A program made the position numbers and the translations under genes. From NCBI GenBank assembly GCA_964570925.1, contig CAZNAF010000001.1, positions 3,322 through 67,321 of the forward strand: a stretch of 64,000 bases of DNA. Reading direction: 5' to 3'. This document shows, in pieces, positions 17,812 to 27,686 of the stretch (positions within the stretch are counted from its first letter, which is position 1; each line of letters begins with the position of its first letter). Source of the stretch: an uncultured Anaerolinea sp. Its GTDB lineage: Bacteria > Chloroflexota > Anaerolineae > Anaerolineales > Anaerolineaceae. Under the pieces are notes generated by a model. The model was given only the letters and a program-made list of their open reading frames with translations. It was not told the origin of the DNA and searched no databases.

Positions 17812-18770
17812 CCACGAATGAATATTGGAAGAACAAGCGTGTCTGCGTTACCGGTGGGGCTGGCTTTTTAGGCTCCTTTGTGTGCGCAAAACTGGCTGAA
17901 CGGGGAGTCAAGGATATCTTCATCCCCACCATTGAAGAGTATGACCTGGTGCAAAAATCCTCGATCAATAAAATGCTGGATGACAGCAACCCGGATATCA
18001 TCATTCACCTGGCAGCCCAGGTGGGGGGCATCGGGGCGAACATGGTTCACCCCGCCGATTTCTTTTACGACAACCTGATGATGGGTGTTCAGCTCATCCA
18101 TGAATCGTACCTGCGCGGGATCGAAAAATTTGTCGCCCTGGGCACCATTTGCGCTTACCCCAAGTTCACCCCGCTGCCCTTTGATGAAGAGAACATCTGG
18201 AATGGCTATCCTGAAGAGACAAACGCTCCCTACGGGCTGGCGAAAAAGATGCTCCTGGTACAATCGCAGGCTTATCGTCAACAGTACGGCTTCAATTCCA
18301 TCTTTCTGTTGCCTGTGAATTTATACGGACCGCGCGATAATTTCCGCCCCGAAAGTTCACACGTCATTCCGGCGCTGATCAAAAAATGCCTCGACGCCAA
18401 AGCCGCCAACGCGCCTTCCATTGAAGTGTGGGGAGACGGCTCGCCAACGCGCGAATTCCTCTTCGTGGAAGACGCAGCGGAAGGGATCTTGCTGGCCACG
18501 GAAAAATATAACAAGTCTGAACCAGTGAACCTGGGCTCGGGCATGGAGATCAGCATCAAGGATCTTGTAACCCTGATCGCCAAATTGACCGGTTTCAACG
18601 GCGAGATCGTTTGGGATACCTCCAAACCGAACGGTCAACCCCGGCGCCAGTTATCCGTGGAACGTGCCCGCCGTGAATTCGGCTTTCAGGCTCAGGTTGG
18701 TTTTGAAGAGGGTCTGCGGCGTACGATCGAGTGGTATCAGGCCAAATTGGACCAGGAAAAGAAAAATTGA
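17808..18770 (+). CDS. fcl: GDP-L-fucose synthase (GDP-4-keto-6-deoxy-D-mannose 3,5-epimerase/4-reductase) family
   Basis: Near-collinear with remembered E. coli Fcl: [34 protein letters not shown] (YxxxK), [34 protein letters not shown] overlap with the regulator gene. Confidence 0.85.
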   Translation: MTTNEYWKNKRVCVTGGAGFLGSFVCAKLAERGVKDIFIPTIEEYDLVQKSSINKMLDDSNPDIIIHLAAQVGGIGANMVHPADFFYDNLMMGVQLIHESYLRGIEKFVALGTICAYPKFTPLPFDEENIWNGYPEETNAPYGLAKKMLLVQSQAYRQQYGFNSIFLLPVNLYGPRDNFRPESSHVIPALIKKCLDAKAANAPSIEVWGDGSPTREFLFVEDAAEGILLATEKYNKSEPVNLGSGMEISIKDLVTLIAKLTGFNGEIVWDTSKPNGQPRRQLSVERARREFGFQAQVGFEEGLRRTIEWYQAKLDQEKKN

Positions 18771-18772
18771 TC

Positions 18773-19624
18773 ATGCAAAAAGAAATCGAAGAGATCAGGC
18801 GGCCTGAGACCGTGGTGATACAGCCTGTAAAAGGACTCGTCGCGTTGAACCTGCGCGATCTGTGGATCTATCGGGAGCTTATTTATTTTCTTACCTGGCG
18901 CGACCTGAAAGTACGCTACAAGCAATCCGTATTGGGCGTGCTTTGGGCGATCATTAAACCTTTATTGACCATGGTGGTATTCACCATCTTCTTTGGCAAC
19001 CTGGCGAAATTGCCGTCAGACGGATTGCCCTATCCGGTGTGGTCTTATACCGGCCTGCTGCCCTGGGAGTTTTTCGCGGCTGCGCTGGGTGTTTCAGCCC
19101 GATCCATGCTGACCAGCGGAAGTATGGTCTCGAAGATCTATTTTCCGCGCATCATTGTGCCGCTTTCTTCGGTCTTTGCCAACCTGGTGGATTTCTTGAT
19201 CGCCTTTGTGATCCTGATCGGCATGATGTTCTTTTACAAGATCTCTCCCACCATTAACATGATCTGGTTGCCGCTCTTTTTACTGCTGGCCGTGGTGACG
19301 GCGCTTGGGGTGGGATTATGGTTCTCAGCCCTTCTGGTGATGTATCGCGATGTAAACTATTTGCTTCCATTCATCACCCAGATCTGGATGTTCATCTCCC
19401 CGGTGGTGTACGCCTCCAGCACAGTGCCCGAAAAATGGCGCTTGCTCTATTCGCTTAATCCAATGGCCGGCGTTGTGGAAGGATTCCGCTGGGCGATGCT
19501 GGGCACTCAACAATCGATCTCTCCCATGATGGTGGCGATCTCGGCAGGCATTTCCATTCTGCTGTTCGTGTCAGGTTTATTCTTCTTCCGCCGCATGGAA
19601 CGCGTTTTCGCGGATATGATCTAG
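18773..19624 (+). CDS. ABC-2 type polysaccharide export permease (Wzm/TagG-like)
   Basis: Six-helix ABC-2 architecture. N-terminal LWIYRELIYFLTWRDLKVRYKQSVLGVLW is typical of the family. ATG 18773 chosen over the upstream in-frame extension. Confidence 0.85.
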   Translation: MQKEIEEIRRPETVVIQPVKGLVALNLRDLWIYRELIYFLTWRDLKVRYKQSVLGVLWAIIKPLLTMVVFTIFFGNLAKLPSDGLPYPVWSYTGLLPWEFFAAALGVSARSMLTSGSMVSKIYFPRIIVPLSSVFANLVDFLIAFVILIGMMFFYKISPTINMIWLPLFLLLAVVTALGVGLWFSALLVMYRDVNYLLPFITQIWMFISPVVYASSTVPEKWRLLYSLNPMAGVVEGFRWAMLGTQQSISPMMVAISAGISILLFVSGLFFFRRMERVFADMI

Positions 19625-19633
19625 GAGGCCGTG

Positions 19634-20917
19634 ATGACAAACCTGGCGATCAAAGTAAATCAGATCGGGAAGCAATACAATATTTTTGGTGAGGTCAACC
19701 GCTATCAGACCTTGCGTGAAAAGATCAGCGACACCCTTAAATCTCCCATCCGCAACCTGCTTCATCCCACGGGCAGCGAAAGCTTCTGGGCGCTGCGTGA
19801 TATTTCCTTCGATGTCGAACGCGGCCTGGTGATGGGTGTGATCGGTAAGAACGGAGCCGGTAAATCAACTCTTCTTAAGATCCTCTCGCGTGTGGTGGAG
19901 CCCACCGAGGGGCGCGCCGAGATCACAGGCCGGGTTGGCTCGTTGCTCGAAGTTGGCACCGGTTTCCACCCTGAGTTGACCGGGCGGGAAAACGTATATT
20001 TGAACGGCGCCATCCTGGGAATGAAGCGCCAAGAGATCGACAAGAAATTTGACGAAATCGTCGCATTTTCAGAGATCGAGCAGTTCATTGACACCCCGGT
20101 CAAGCGTTATTCCAGCGGCATGTATATGCGCCTGGCCTTTGCCGTCTCAGCCCACCTCGAACCTGAGATCCTCATCGTGGATGAAGTATTGGCCGTAGGC
20201 GACGCTGAATTCCAGAAAAAATGCCTGGGCAAGATGAGCGATGTGGCCGGTGAAGGCCGCACGGTGCTGTTTGTATCCCACAACATGTCCGCGGTTTCAC
20301 GCCTCACCCGGGAGTGCATCATTCTGGAACACGGCAGGCTCGCCATGCGCGCCTCCAGCCAGGAGGCCGTGGATTATTACCTGTCGCACGGATTCGAAAA
20401 AGGCGGTGAACGCAGCTGGACTGAGGACGAAATCCCGGCTGACGCGCACCCATTTAAGCCCATCGCATTACGCGTGATCAACGAGAAGGGGAAGGTGGTG
20501 GATTCTGTGCGCTCCGTGGAACCGGTCACCATCGAAATAGAATACCAACTGGATTCAAACATTTCAGGATTACGCGTGGGTATCTATTTGATGACAGTGC
20601 GTGGCGATTACGTCTTCACCTCCTTTGACACCGATGAACCGGAAAAATTCTCCCGCCACTCCGAACGCAAGGCGGGACATTATATCAGCCGCTGCGTCAT
20701 CCCGGCGGATACGCTCAATGAAGGGCGCTACGCCATCGGGGTGAACGCCTCTGTGTTTCGTGTCAAACGTTATTTTCAGGATGCCAACGCGGTGGTGTTT
20801 AACGTCAACCCCACTGGCGCGCCCGGTATGCACTGGGTGGAGCCCCGCCAGGGCGTAACGCGTCCCAGACTGGATTGGCAGATCGTGGAAGGCACCTCTT
20901 CCACTGTTCAGAAATGA
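19634..20917 (+). CDS. Polysaccharide-export ABC ATPase with C-terminal beta-sandwich extension (Wzt/TagH-like)
   Basis: Walker A GKNGAGKST, signature YSSGMYMRL, Walker B LIVDEVLAVGD. About 170 extra C-terminal residues. SD AGGAGG upstream. Confidence 0.85.
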   Translation: MTNLAIKVNQIGKQYNIFGEVNRYQTLREKISDTLKSPIRNLLHPTGSESFWALRDISFDVERGLVMGVIGKNGAGKSTLLKILSRVVEPTEGRAEITGRVGSLLEVGTGFHPELTGRENVYLNGAILGMKRQEIDKKFDEIVAFSEIEQFIDTPVKRYSSGMYMRLAFAVSAHLEPEILIVDEVLAVGDAEFQKKCLGKMSDVAGEGRTVLFVSHNMSAVSRLTRECIILEHGRLAMRASSQEAVDYYLSHGFEKGGERSWTEDEIPADAHPFKPIALRVINEKGKVVDSVRSVEPVTIEIEYQLDSNISGLRVGIYLMTVRGDYVFTSFDTDEPEKFSRHSERKAGHYISRCVIPADTLNEGRYAIGVNASVFRVKRYFQDANAVVFNVNPTGAPGMHWVEPRQGVTRPRLDWQIVEGTSSTVQK

Positions 20918-20924
20918 GGCACTC

Positions 20925-20969
20925 TTGACCGTTCAAGGTTCGACGTTTATAATTCAACAATTGAATATT
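20925..20969 (+). promoter_or_regulatory. Promoter P2 (TTGACC-17-TATAAT) with operator ATTCAA-N3-TTGAAT
   Basis: TTGACC 20925..20930, TATAAT 20948..20953, ATTCAACAATTGAAT 20952..20966. Same architecture and near-identical 24-mer as P1. Confidence 0.65.
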
Positions 20970-21028
20970 AAAACAGAATCTGGGTTTCACGACCTGGTTA
21001 ATTCTCCATCTGGAAACATGGATTAGAT

Positions 21029-22651
21029 ATGGATAAGTCAAACAAAGAAACTCTCAAACGTTTCCTTGGAGGTATTCCCCTTGCCGCCGAGCTTTATTGG
21101 CTTGTCAGACAAAAAGACAATCCCATTCATTCGCGTTTTTCCTTAAAAGCGCTTAATGAAGCCCTGCCAGAAATGGTGGCAGACGTTAAACGCATTCGAC
21201 CGAGTGCCGCGGTGCCGCGCAAGAAAGTTTTCATTTTTGCCTCGCTGCATTACTGGATCGACCAGACCACCATCACAGCCATGGGCCTCGCCGCGGATAA
21301 TCACGACGTCACCCTGGGATACTATCCTTATTTTGATTGGTTCACCGATTCAACTAAGTTTGACCTGCGTCGGCAGAACATCTACGCTCAAAAGGTACTC
21401 GGCTCCGCTTCTGAGGTGATCAATACCGTTTCCTTCGTGAACTATCGTGCGCCGTACACGGTGCTTCCTAAAGCCTTGCAGGATGCCGTCAGAGAGGTGT
21501 CGGTTTTCGATACCCAATATACCCTGCAAATCGAAGACATTGATACCTCCTGGCCTACTTATCAATTCCGCATGAAGCGCAACCAGGAAGCCGCTCAATC
21601 ACTGCTGGCCTATTTACGCAGCAACAAACCGGATGTGGTGATCGTGCCCAACGGGACTCTACAGGAATTCGGCATCGTATATCGCGTGGCGCGTTACTTG
21701 AAAATTCCGGTCACCACGTACGAATTCAGCGACCAGCGTGAGGCTTTTTGGCTGGCTCAGAATGCCGAGATCATGCGCCAGGACACCACGGAAATGTGGG
21801 CCGCCCAGGTGGACGCCAGGTTTGGCAAGGATCAACTGGAACGCATTCAGACACTGTTTGAATACCGCCAAAAAGCAAGGCCGCTCGAGAACTTCACCCG
21901 AAAATGGCAAAACATCCCCTCACAGGGCGCGGAAAAGGTGCGCGAGCAGTTAAAACTTGATAAACGCCCCATCGTGTTGCTGCCTACCAACGTGCTTGGA
22001 GACAGCCTGACCCTCGGACGCCAGGTTTTCACCAAAACGCTTGCAGATTGGGTCAGCCGCACGATCCTCTATTTTATCGGCAGACCCGATATCCAGCTGG
22101 TCATACGTGTCCATCCCGGCGAGATCCTCACGCGAGAGTATTCCATGCTTGATGTGGTGAAACAGACCCTGCCGGAATTACCCGAATACATTCACCTGAT
22201 CCATCCTGAGGAACAGATCAATACCTATGATCTTGTTTCAATTACTGACGTAGGGCTGGTTTATACCACAACGGTTGGTCTTGAGATGGCGCTCAAAGGC
22301 ATTCCTGTGATCGTGACCGGTCAAACGCATTACCGCAACCGTGGATTCACCTATGATCCCGAATCGTGGGTGGAGTATTTCAAGCTGCTCGGCATGATCC
22401 TTGAAAAACCCTCCCAGTTCAAATTGCCGAAAGACAAGATCCAGCTTGCCTGGAAATATGCCTATCATTTCTTCTATACTTTTCCGCTGCCCTTCCCCTG
22501 GCACATCAAGGTCTGGCAGGACTATGAAACGCACAAACTTGCCCAGGTCTTCAGCAAGGAGGGCAAGAAAAAATACGGCAACACCTTCCGTTACCTGGTC
22601 GGGGAGCCCATGGACTGGACGAAGATGAATCATAACGGCAGGCACGCATGA
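21029..22651 (+). CDS. HP-motif GT-B protein (Capsule_synth / KpsC-KpsS / TagF-like), paralog 1
   Basis: 540 aa. LVIRVHPGE and YTTTVGLEMALKGIPVIVTGQTHY align with paralogs at 31274 and 37825. Confidence 0.7.
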   Translation: MDKSNKETLKRFLGGIPLAAELYWLVRQKDNPIHSRFSLKALNEALPEMVADVKRIRPSAAVPRKKVFIFASLHYWIDQTTITAMGLAADNHDVTLGYYPYFDWFTDSTKFDLRRQNIYAQKVLGSASEVINTVSFVNYRAPYTVLPKALQDAVREVSVFDTQYTLQIEDIDTSWPTYQFRMKRNQEAAQSLLAYLRSNKPDVVIVPNGTLQEFGIVYRVARYLKIPVTTYEFSDQREAFWLAQNAEIMRQDTTEMWAAQVDARFGKDQLERIQTLFEYRQKARPLENFTRKWQNIPSQGAEKVREQLKLDKRPIVLLPTNVLGDSLTLGRQVFTKTLADWVSRTILYFIGRPDIQLVIRVHPGEILTREYSMLDVVKQTLPELPEYIHLIHPEEQINTYDLVSITDVGLVYTTTVGLEMALKGIPVIVTGQTHYRNRGFTYDPESWVEYFKLLGMILEKPSQFKLPKDKIQLAWKYAYHFFYTFPLPFPWHIKVWQDYETHKLAQVFSKEGKKKYGNTFRYLVGEPMDWTKMNHNGRHA

Positions 22652-23541
22652 GTCAAAACCCGTCTGAATCAGAGGTGAAACAGCAGGTCAGCAGTTTCTA
22701 TAACGAGATTGGCTGGAAGATGGAAAACGACGGCTTCTACCAGAATGCCCGTTACGAAGACCTTCGTCCGGTTGCCCGAGAATACATTCATAAATGCCAT
22801 CTGCGGGTCAACCGCTATCTCAAGCGAGAGGGCAAGTATCTGCTGGATGCCGGGTCAGGTCCGGTGCAGTGGCCGGAATACCTCACCTATTCAGAGGGGT
22901 ACCAATATCGTGTCTGCGCTGACATTTCCATTGTGGCGCTCAAAGAAGCCCGCCACCGCCTGGGTGAAAAAGGCCTCTTCGTGGTTTCTGATGTGGCCAA
23001 CCTGCCCTTCAAGGCGGACGTGTTTGACGGGCTGGTTTCTCTGCATACCCTGCATCACATCCCCCCCGCGGAACAACCCGATGCCTACGCAGGGTTCGCC
23101 CGTGTGATAAAACCGGACTGCAACGGTGTGGTGGTGAATGCCTGGACTGCCCCCGTCTTTATGGCGCGCATGAAAGGGCTGATCGCCTTCATGGATCGTG
23201 TGAACGGCTTGCTTTCCCGTTTTAAACGCCGCAAGGAGATCAGGCTGCCTGATTCCTCAGCGAAGGTTGAAAAAGTCAAACCCACCGGCACCTTTACCCA
23301 GCACATCACACCGGAATGGCTGAAACAGCAGCTTGACGGACGAGTGAATTATCAGATCAGGGTATGGAGGAGCGCCAGTGTGCGATTTATGAGGTCGGTC
23401 ATCCAGCCCTGGCTTTGTGGCCGTTTTTGGCTGCGCTGGCTATACAATCTGGAAGAAAAGAACCCTGAATATTATGGCGAGAACGGGCAATACCCGTTGA
23501 TCGTGATTTCGAAATTAAAATCCAACCTGAATCGAGAATAG
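22648..23541 (+). CDS. Class I SAM-dependent methyltransferase
   Basis: Motif I LLDAGSGPV, post-I acidic CADIS, LHTLHHI. ATGA overlap upstream. Confidence 0.8.
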   Translation: MSQNPSESEVKQQVSSFYNEIGWKMENDGFYQNARYEDLRPVAREYIHKCHLRVNRYLKREGKYLLDAGSGPVQWPEYLTYSEGYQYRVCADISIVALKEARHRLGEKGLFVVSDVANLPFKADVFDGLVSLHTLHHIPPAEQPDAYAGFARVIKPDCNGVVVNAWTAPVFMARMKGLIAFMDRVNGLLSRFKRRKEIRLPDSSAKVEKVKPTGTFTQHITPEWLKQQLDGRVNYQIRVWRSASVRFMRSVIQPWLCGRFWLRWLYNLEEKNPEYYGENGQYPLIVISKLKSNLNRE

Positions 23542-23543
23542 CC

Positions 23544-24551
23544 ATGGATTGGTCAAATAAAGTCGTGCTTGTGACCGGTGGAACCGGATCCTTTGGGAAG
23601 AAATTCATCCGCATCATGCTGGATGAATACCACCCGGCCAAGATCATTGTATTCAGCCGCGACGAGTTGAAGCAGCATGAAATGCGCGCGGCCGGGTTCG
23701 ATCATCCCAGCCTGCGTTATTTTTTGGGTGATATTCGCGACAAGGAACGCTGCAAACGAGCTTTTGAAGGCGTGGACGTGGTGATCCATTCCGCGGCGCT
23801 AAAACAGGTTCCCGCCTGCGAATACAACCCGATGGAAGCCATCAAGACCAACATTTTGGGCAGCAGCAACGTGATCGACGCCTCCATTGACGTGGGTGTG
23901 GATCGCGTGGTGGCGCTCAGCACGGATAAGGCCGTCAACCCGGTCAACCTCTACGGGGCGACCAAGCTGGCCGCTGAAAAACTTTTTGTCCAATCCAACG
24001 CGTACGCCGGCGGGCGCAGCGTTCGCTTTTCCTGTGTGCGTTACGGCAACGTGGTCGGCAGCCGCGGCTCGGTGGTCCCCGTTTTTCTTAAACAACGTGA
24101 AAAAGGAAAGGTCACCGTCACAGATGACCGTATGACCCGTTTCTGGATCAGCCTCGAACAGGGTGTGCGTTTTGTCATCCGCGCGGCGGAGAACATGTCT
24201 GGCGGAGAGGTTTTCGTGCCCAAGATCCCGTCCATGAAGGTGGTCGATCTCGCCAGGGCCATCGCGCCCAAGGCGGAAGTGGAGATCATCGGCATCAGGC
24301 CTGGTGAAAAACTGCATGAGGTGCTCATCTCGGAAGATGAAGCCCGTCAGACCGTGGAACTGCAAGACATGTTCGTGGTGCAGCCTGCTGAATCATTATG
24401 GTTTGGCCGCGATTGGGAGAAAAAAGGCAAGCTCCTCGAAGACGGTTTTCTTTACTCATCAAACAACAACTCGGAATGGCTCGGTCTCGATCAGATCAGC
24501 GCGATCATCGCTCCCATCGAAGCCGATTACCTGGCGGGTAAACTGGGATGA
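23544..24551 (+). CDS. pseB: UDP-N-acetylglucosamine 4,6-dehydratase (inverting), PseB/FlaA1 family
   Basis: Collinear with remembered H. pylori FlaA1: VLVTGGTGSFGKKF, SRDELKQHEM, YGATKLAAEKLF, VRYGNVVGSRGSVVP, MTRFWI, GIRPGEKLHEV. Confidence 0.85.
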   Translation: MDWSNKVVLVTGGTGSFGKKFIRIMLDEYHPAKIIVFSRDELKQHEMRAAGFDHPSLRYFLGDIRDKERCKRAFEGVDVVIHSAALKQVPACEYNPMEAIKTNILGSSNVIDASIDVGVDRVVALSTDKAVNPVNLYGATKLAAEKLFVQSNAYAGGRSVRFSCVRYGNVVGSRGSVVPVFLKQREKGKVTVTDDRMTRFWISLEQGVRFVIRAAENMSGGEVFVPKIPSMKVVDLARAIAPKAEVEIIGIRPGEKLHEVLISEDEARQTVELQDMFVVQPAESLWFGRDWEKKGKLLEDGFLYSSNNNSEWLGLDQISAIIAPIEADYLAGKLG

Positions 24552-25471
24552 CGCATTTTCTGGTCACCGGCGCCAGCGGTCTGCTGGGATTGAATTTCGC
24601 CCTCGCGGTGGATGGCAAAGACCATCAGGTCACCGGCGTGGATTACCGCAATCCTCTCAAGTGGGTGAATTTTAAAATGCTTCAGGCGGACCTGACCGAA
24701 CCGGGCGTGGTTGAACGTGTGATCGCGGAGGTCAAACCTGACGTGGTCTTGCACTGCGCGGCCAATGCCAATGTGGATGACTGTGAAAAAGACCCCATTG
24801 CAGCCAGGAAGCTTAACAGCGACCTGCCTGGTGTGGTGGCCGCTGCTGCAAAAAAACACGCCGCAAAGATGGTTCACATTTCCACGGACGCGGTATTTGA
24901 CGGCAAGACGGGCAATTATTCAGAAGACGACCTTCCCAATCCCCTGAGCGTTTACGCGTCCACGAAATTGGACGGTGAAAAAACCGCCCTGGACGCCAAC
25001 CCGGACGCCCTCGTGCTGCGGGTCAATTTCTATGGCTGGAGCATCACCGGCAAGCGCAGCCTGGCCGAATGGTTCGTATACAGCCTGGCCGAGAATAAGC
25101 AACTCAAAGGATTTACAGACATCCTCTTTTGCCCCATGATGGTGCTGGACCTGGCCGATTGCATCGTGGATAGCGCGGCGAAGGACCTCAAAGGCCTCTA
25201 TCATTGCGTCGGCCCGGAAGTGATGTCAAAATATGATTTTGGCGTGGCCATCGCCAGGCGTTTTGAGTTTGACCCGGCCTTGATCTCTCCCGCTTCGGTG
25301 TACGACGGCGGGCTGGCAGCGGCGCGTTCGCCAAACCTGACCCTTTCCACCACCAGGATCCAGACCGCTTTAGGTCGCCCCTTGCCCGATTTTGAAAGCG
25401 GTTTGCAGAAGTTTTTCAACCAATACCGGCACGGGTATTCAGAAATGCTCAAGACGCTGACCGCGTCGTAA
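24548..25471 (+). CDS. RmlD-like NAD(P)H-dependent sugar 4-ketoreductase (dTDP-4-dehydrorhamnose reductase family)
   Basis: LVTGASGLLG, HCAANANVDDCEKDP, YASTKLDGE (YxxxK). ATGA overlap with pseB. Confidence 0.75.
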   Translation: MTHFLVTGASGLLGLNFALAVDGKDHQVTGVDYRNPLKWVNFKMLQADLTEPGVVERVIAEVKPDVVLHCAANANVDDCEKDPIAARKLNSDLPGVVAAAAKKHAAKMVHISTDAVFDGKTGNYSEDDLPNPLSVYASTKLDGEKTALDANPDALVLRVNFYGWSITGKRSLAEWFVYSLAENKQLKGFTDILFCPMMVLDLADCIVDSAAKDLKGLYHCVGPEVMSKYDFGVAIARRFEFDPALISPASVYDGGLAAARSPNLTLSTTRIQTALGRPLPDFESGLQKFFNQYRHGYSEMLKTLTAS

Positions 25472-25496
25472 TCCATCCCATCAACAGGAGGTTGAC

Positions 25497-26564
25497 ATGC
25501 AGGTGAAGATCGGTTCTCACGCCATCGGTTTGGAACATCCCACCTATTTTATTGCCGACATATCGGCCAATCACGACGGTGACCTCGACCGCGCGCTCAT
25601 GTTGATCCACCTGGCAAAAGAAGCCGGCGCTGACGCGGCCAAGTTCCAGAACTTTAGGGCTCCGAAGATCGTTTCAGACTACGGATTTACTTCGATGGGG
25701 GGGCAGGTTTCACACCAGGCCTCGTGGAAAAAATCCGTGTTCCAGGTATACGCGGACGCGTCCATTCCCTTTGACTGGACACCCCGCCTTAAAGAAGAGT
25801 GTGACAAGGTCGGGATCGACTATTTTTCCTCGCCTTACGACTTCGAGGCCGTGGATTATCTGGATCCCTTCGTCCCCGCGCACAAGATCGGTTCGGGTGA
25901 CATCGACTGGCTTGAAATGTTGCAGCATATCGCCAAAAAGGGCAAACCCGTCATTCTCTCTTCCGGGGCGGCCAGCATCGGCGAGGTGCAGCAGGCCGTC
26001 CACACCGTGCAGGCGATCAACCAGCAAGTGGTGTTGCTGCAGTGCAACACCAATTACACCGCCAGCCCGGCGAATTTCGACCACATCCATTTGCGCGTAT
26101 TGCAGACCTACCAGACCATGTTTCCGAACGTTATTACCGGTCTAAGCGATCACACGCTTGGCCATGCCACCGTGTTGGGGGCGGTTGCACTGGGAGGCCG
26201 TGTCATCGAAAAGCATTTTACCGATGATACCGGCCGGGTGGGACCTGACCACCCCTTCTCGATGACGCCGGCAACCTGGCGTGAGATGGTGGACCGCACT
26301 CGAGAATTGGAGCGTGCCCTCGGATCGGCGGATAAGGCCATCAGCGGCAACGAAAAAGACACCACCGTGGTGCAGCGCCGCTGCCTGCGTGCAGCCCGCG
26401 AGATCAAACGCGGTGAGACCATCACGCGCGATTGCCTGGATGTGCTGCGCCCCGCGACGGTGGGTGCCATCAAACCCGATCAGATCGAACAGGTCATCGG
26501 TACCGTGGCGCTTGTGGATATGCCCTACGGCAAAGAAATCCGTTGGACGGACCTGGGAAAGTAA
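25497..26564 (+). CDS. NeuB-family ulosonic acid synthase with C-terminal SAF domain (NeuB/PseI/LegI type)
   Basis: Collinear with remembered NeuB: KFQNF, HKIGSGD, KPVILSSG, LLQCNTNYTA, GLSDHTLG, VIEKHFT, GPDHPFSM. About 70-aa SAF-like tail. SD AGGAGG. Confidence 0.85.
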   Translation: MQVKIGSHAIGLEHPTYFIADISANHDGDLDRALMLIHLAKEAGADAAKFQNFRAPKIVSDYGFTSMGGQVSHQASWKKSVFQVYADASIPFDWTPRLKEECDKVGIDYFSSPYDFEAVDYLDPFVPAHKIGSGDIDWLEMLQHIAKKGKPVILSSGAASIGEVQQAVHTVQAINQQVVLLQCNTNYTASPANFDHIHLRVLQTYQTMFPNVITGLSDHTLGHATVLGAVALGGRVIEKHFTDDTGRVGPDHPFSMTPATWREMVDRTRELERALGSADKAISGNEKDTTVVQRRCLRAAREIKRGETITRDCLDVLRPATVGAIKPDQIEQVIGTVALVDMPYGKEIRWTDLGK

Positions 26565-26576
26565 TTCGCAATCAAG

Positions 26577-27686
26577 ATGAAGGTTCTCTATTTTACCCGC
26601 GGCCAAACGCCCCATGACCTGAGATTTACCAAAGCCCTGGCGGAAACCTCGCACAAGGTCTTTGTACTCTGTCTCGATGCCGACCAGCGCCGCAAATGGC
26701 CTGGCGGTGTTTACGAAGTGGCCTGGCAGGGGATTAACATGCGCCTGGGCTGGCTGGCAGCCAGCGCCCGCCTGGGAAGGTTAAAGACGGTGTTTGAAAC
26801 CCTTAAACCTGACCTTGTGCACGCCGGGCCCATTCAAAGCACGGCCTGGCTCACTGCTCTTGCGGGGTTTCATCCACTGGTGAGCATGTCCTGGGGGTCT
26901 GATTTAATGTTCGAAGCCGACCGCAGTGAATCGGCACGCCGCATCACCCGCTTCACCCTGGCGCGCAGTGACGTCCTTGTGGGCGATTGTGCCTGCGTGG
27001 GACAAAAGGCGCAAAGCTTCGGATTCGATCTCGCCCGCTATCGCCAATTCCCCTGGGGTGTCGATCTGAAACACTTTGCACCCGCCGTCTCGACCCGCCT
27101 GCGCGAAAAACTGGGTTGGGTGGGAAAGACGGTTTTGCTCTCCACGCGTTCCTTTGAACCGATCTACGGAGTGGATGTCTTGATCAATGCCTTCGCGCTT
27201 GCCGCCAGGCAAAACCCCGACCTGCGTCTTCTCCTGCTGGGTCATGGGTCACATGAAAAACGTCTTGCAGCCTTGGTGAAACAACTTGACCTGCAGCAAA
27301 AGGTCCATTTTTACGGGACGGCCACCGTGGAGGAACTGCCTGATCTCTACCACAGCGCGGACTTCTACCTGAGTGCCTCGCACAGTGACGGATCCTCGGT
27401 CTCTCTCATGGAAGCGCTGGCCTGCGGGCTGCCTGTGATCGTCTCGGATATCCCCGGCAACCTGGAATGGGTGACCGAAGGCGAACAGGGTTGGTTGTTC
27501 AAAGACGGGGATGCTGAGGGGTTTTCCCATAAGATCCTTTTGGCGGTCGCACAAGGCAGCGCCCTGGCTGCCATGAAAAAGGGAAATCGCTTTTTGGCCA
27601 AAAAAAGGGCGGACTGGAAAAAGAATTTCGCCGTTTTACTGGAGGCCTACGAGCTGGCCTCTCAAAAAGGAAACGCCCATGCCTGA
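26577..27686 (+). CDS. GT4-family (GT-B, Glycos_transf_1) glycosyltransferase
   Basis: E-x7-E region MEALACGLPVIVSDIPGNLEWVTEGEQGWLF. Confidence 0.8.
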   Translation: MKVLYFTRGQTPHDLRFTKALAETSHKVFVLCLDADQRRKWPGGVYEVAWQGINMRLGWLAASARLGRLKTVFETLKPDLVHAGPIQSTAWLTALAGFHPLVSMSWGSDLMFEADRSESARRITRFTLARSDVLVGDCACVGQKAQSFGFDLARYRQFPWGVDLKHFAPAVSTRLREKLGWVGKTVLLSTRSFEPIYGVDVLINAFALAARQNPDLRLLLLGHGSHEKRLAALVKQLDLQQKVHFYGTATVEELPDLYHSADFYLSASHSDGSSVSLMEALACGLPVIVSDIPGNLEWVTEGEQGWLFKDGDAEGFSHKILLAVAQGSALAAMKKGNRFLAKKRADWKKNFAVLLEAYELASQKGNAHA

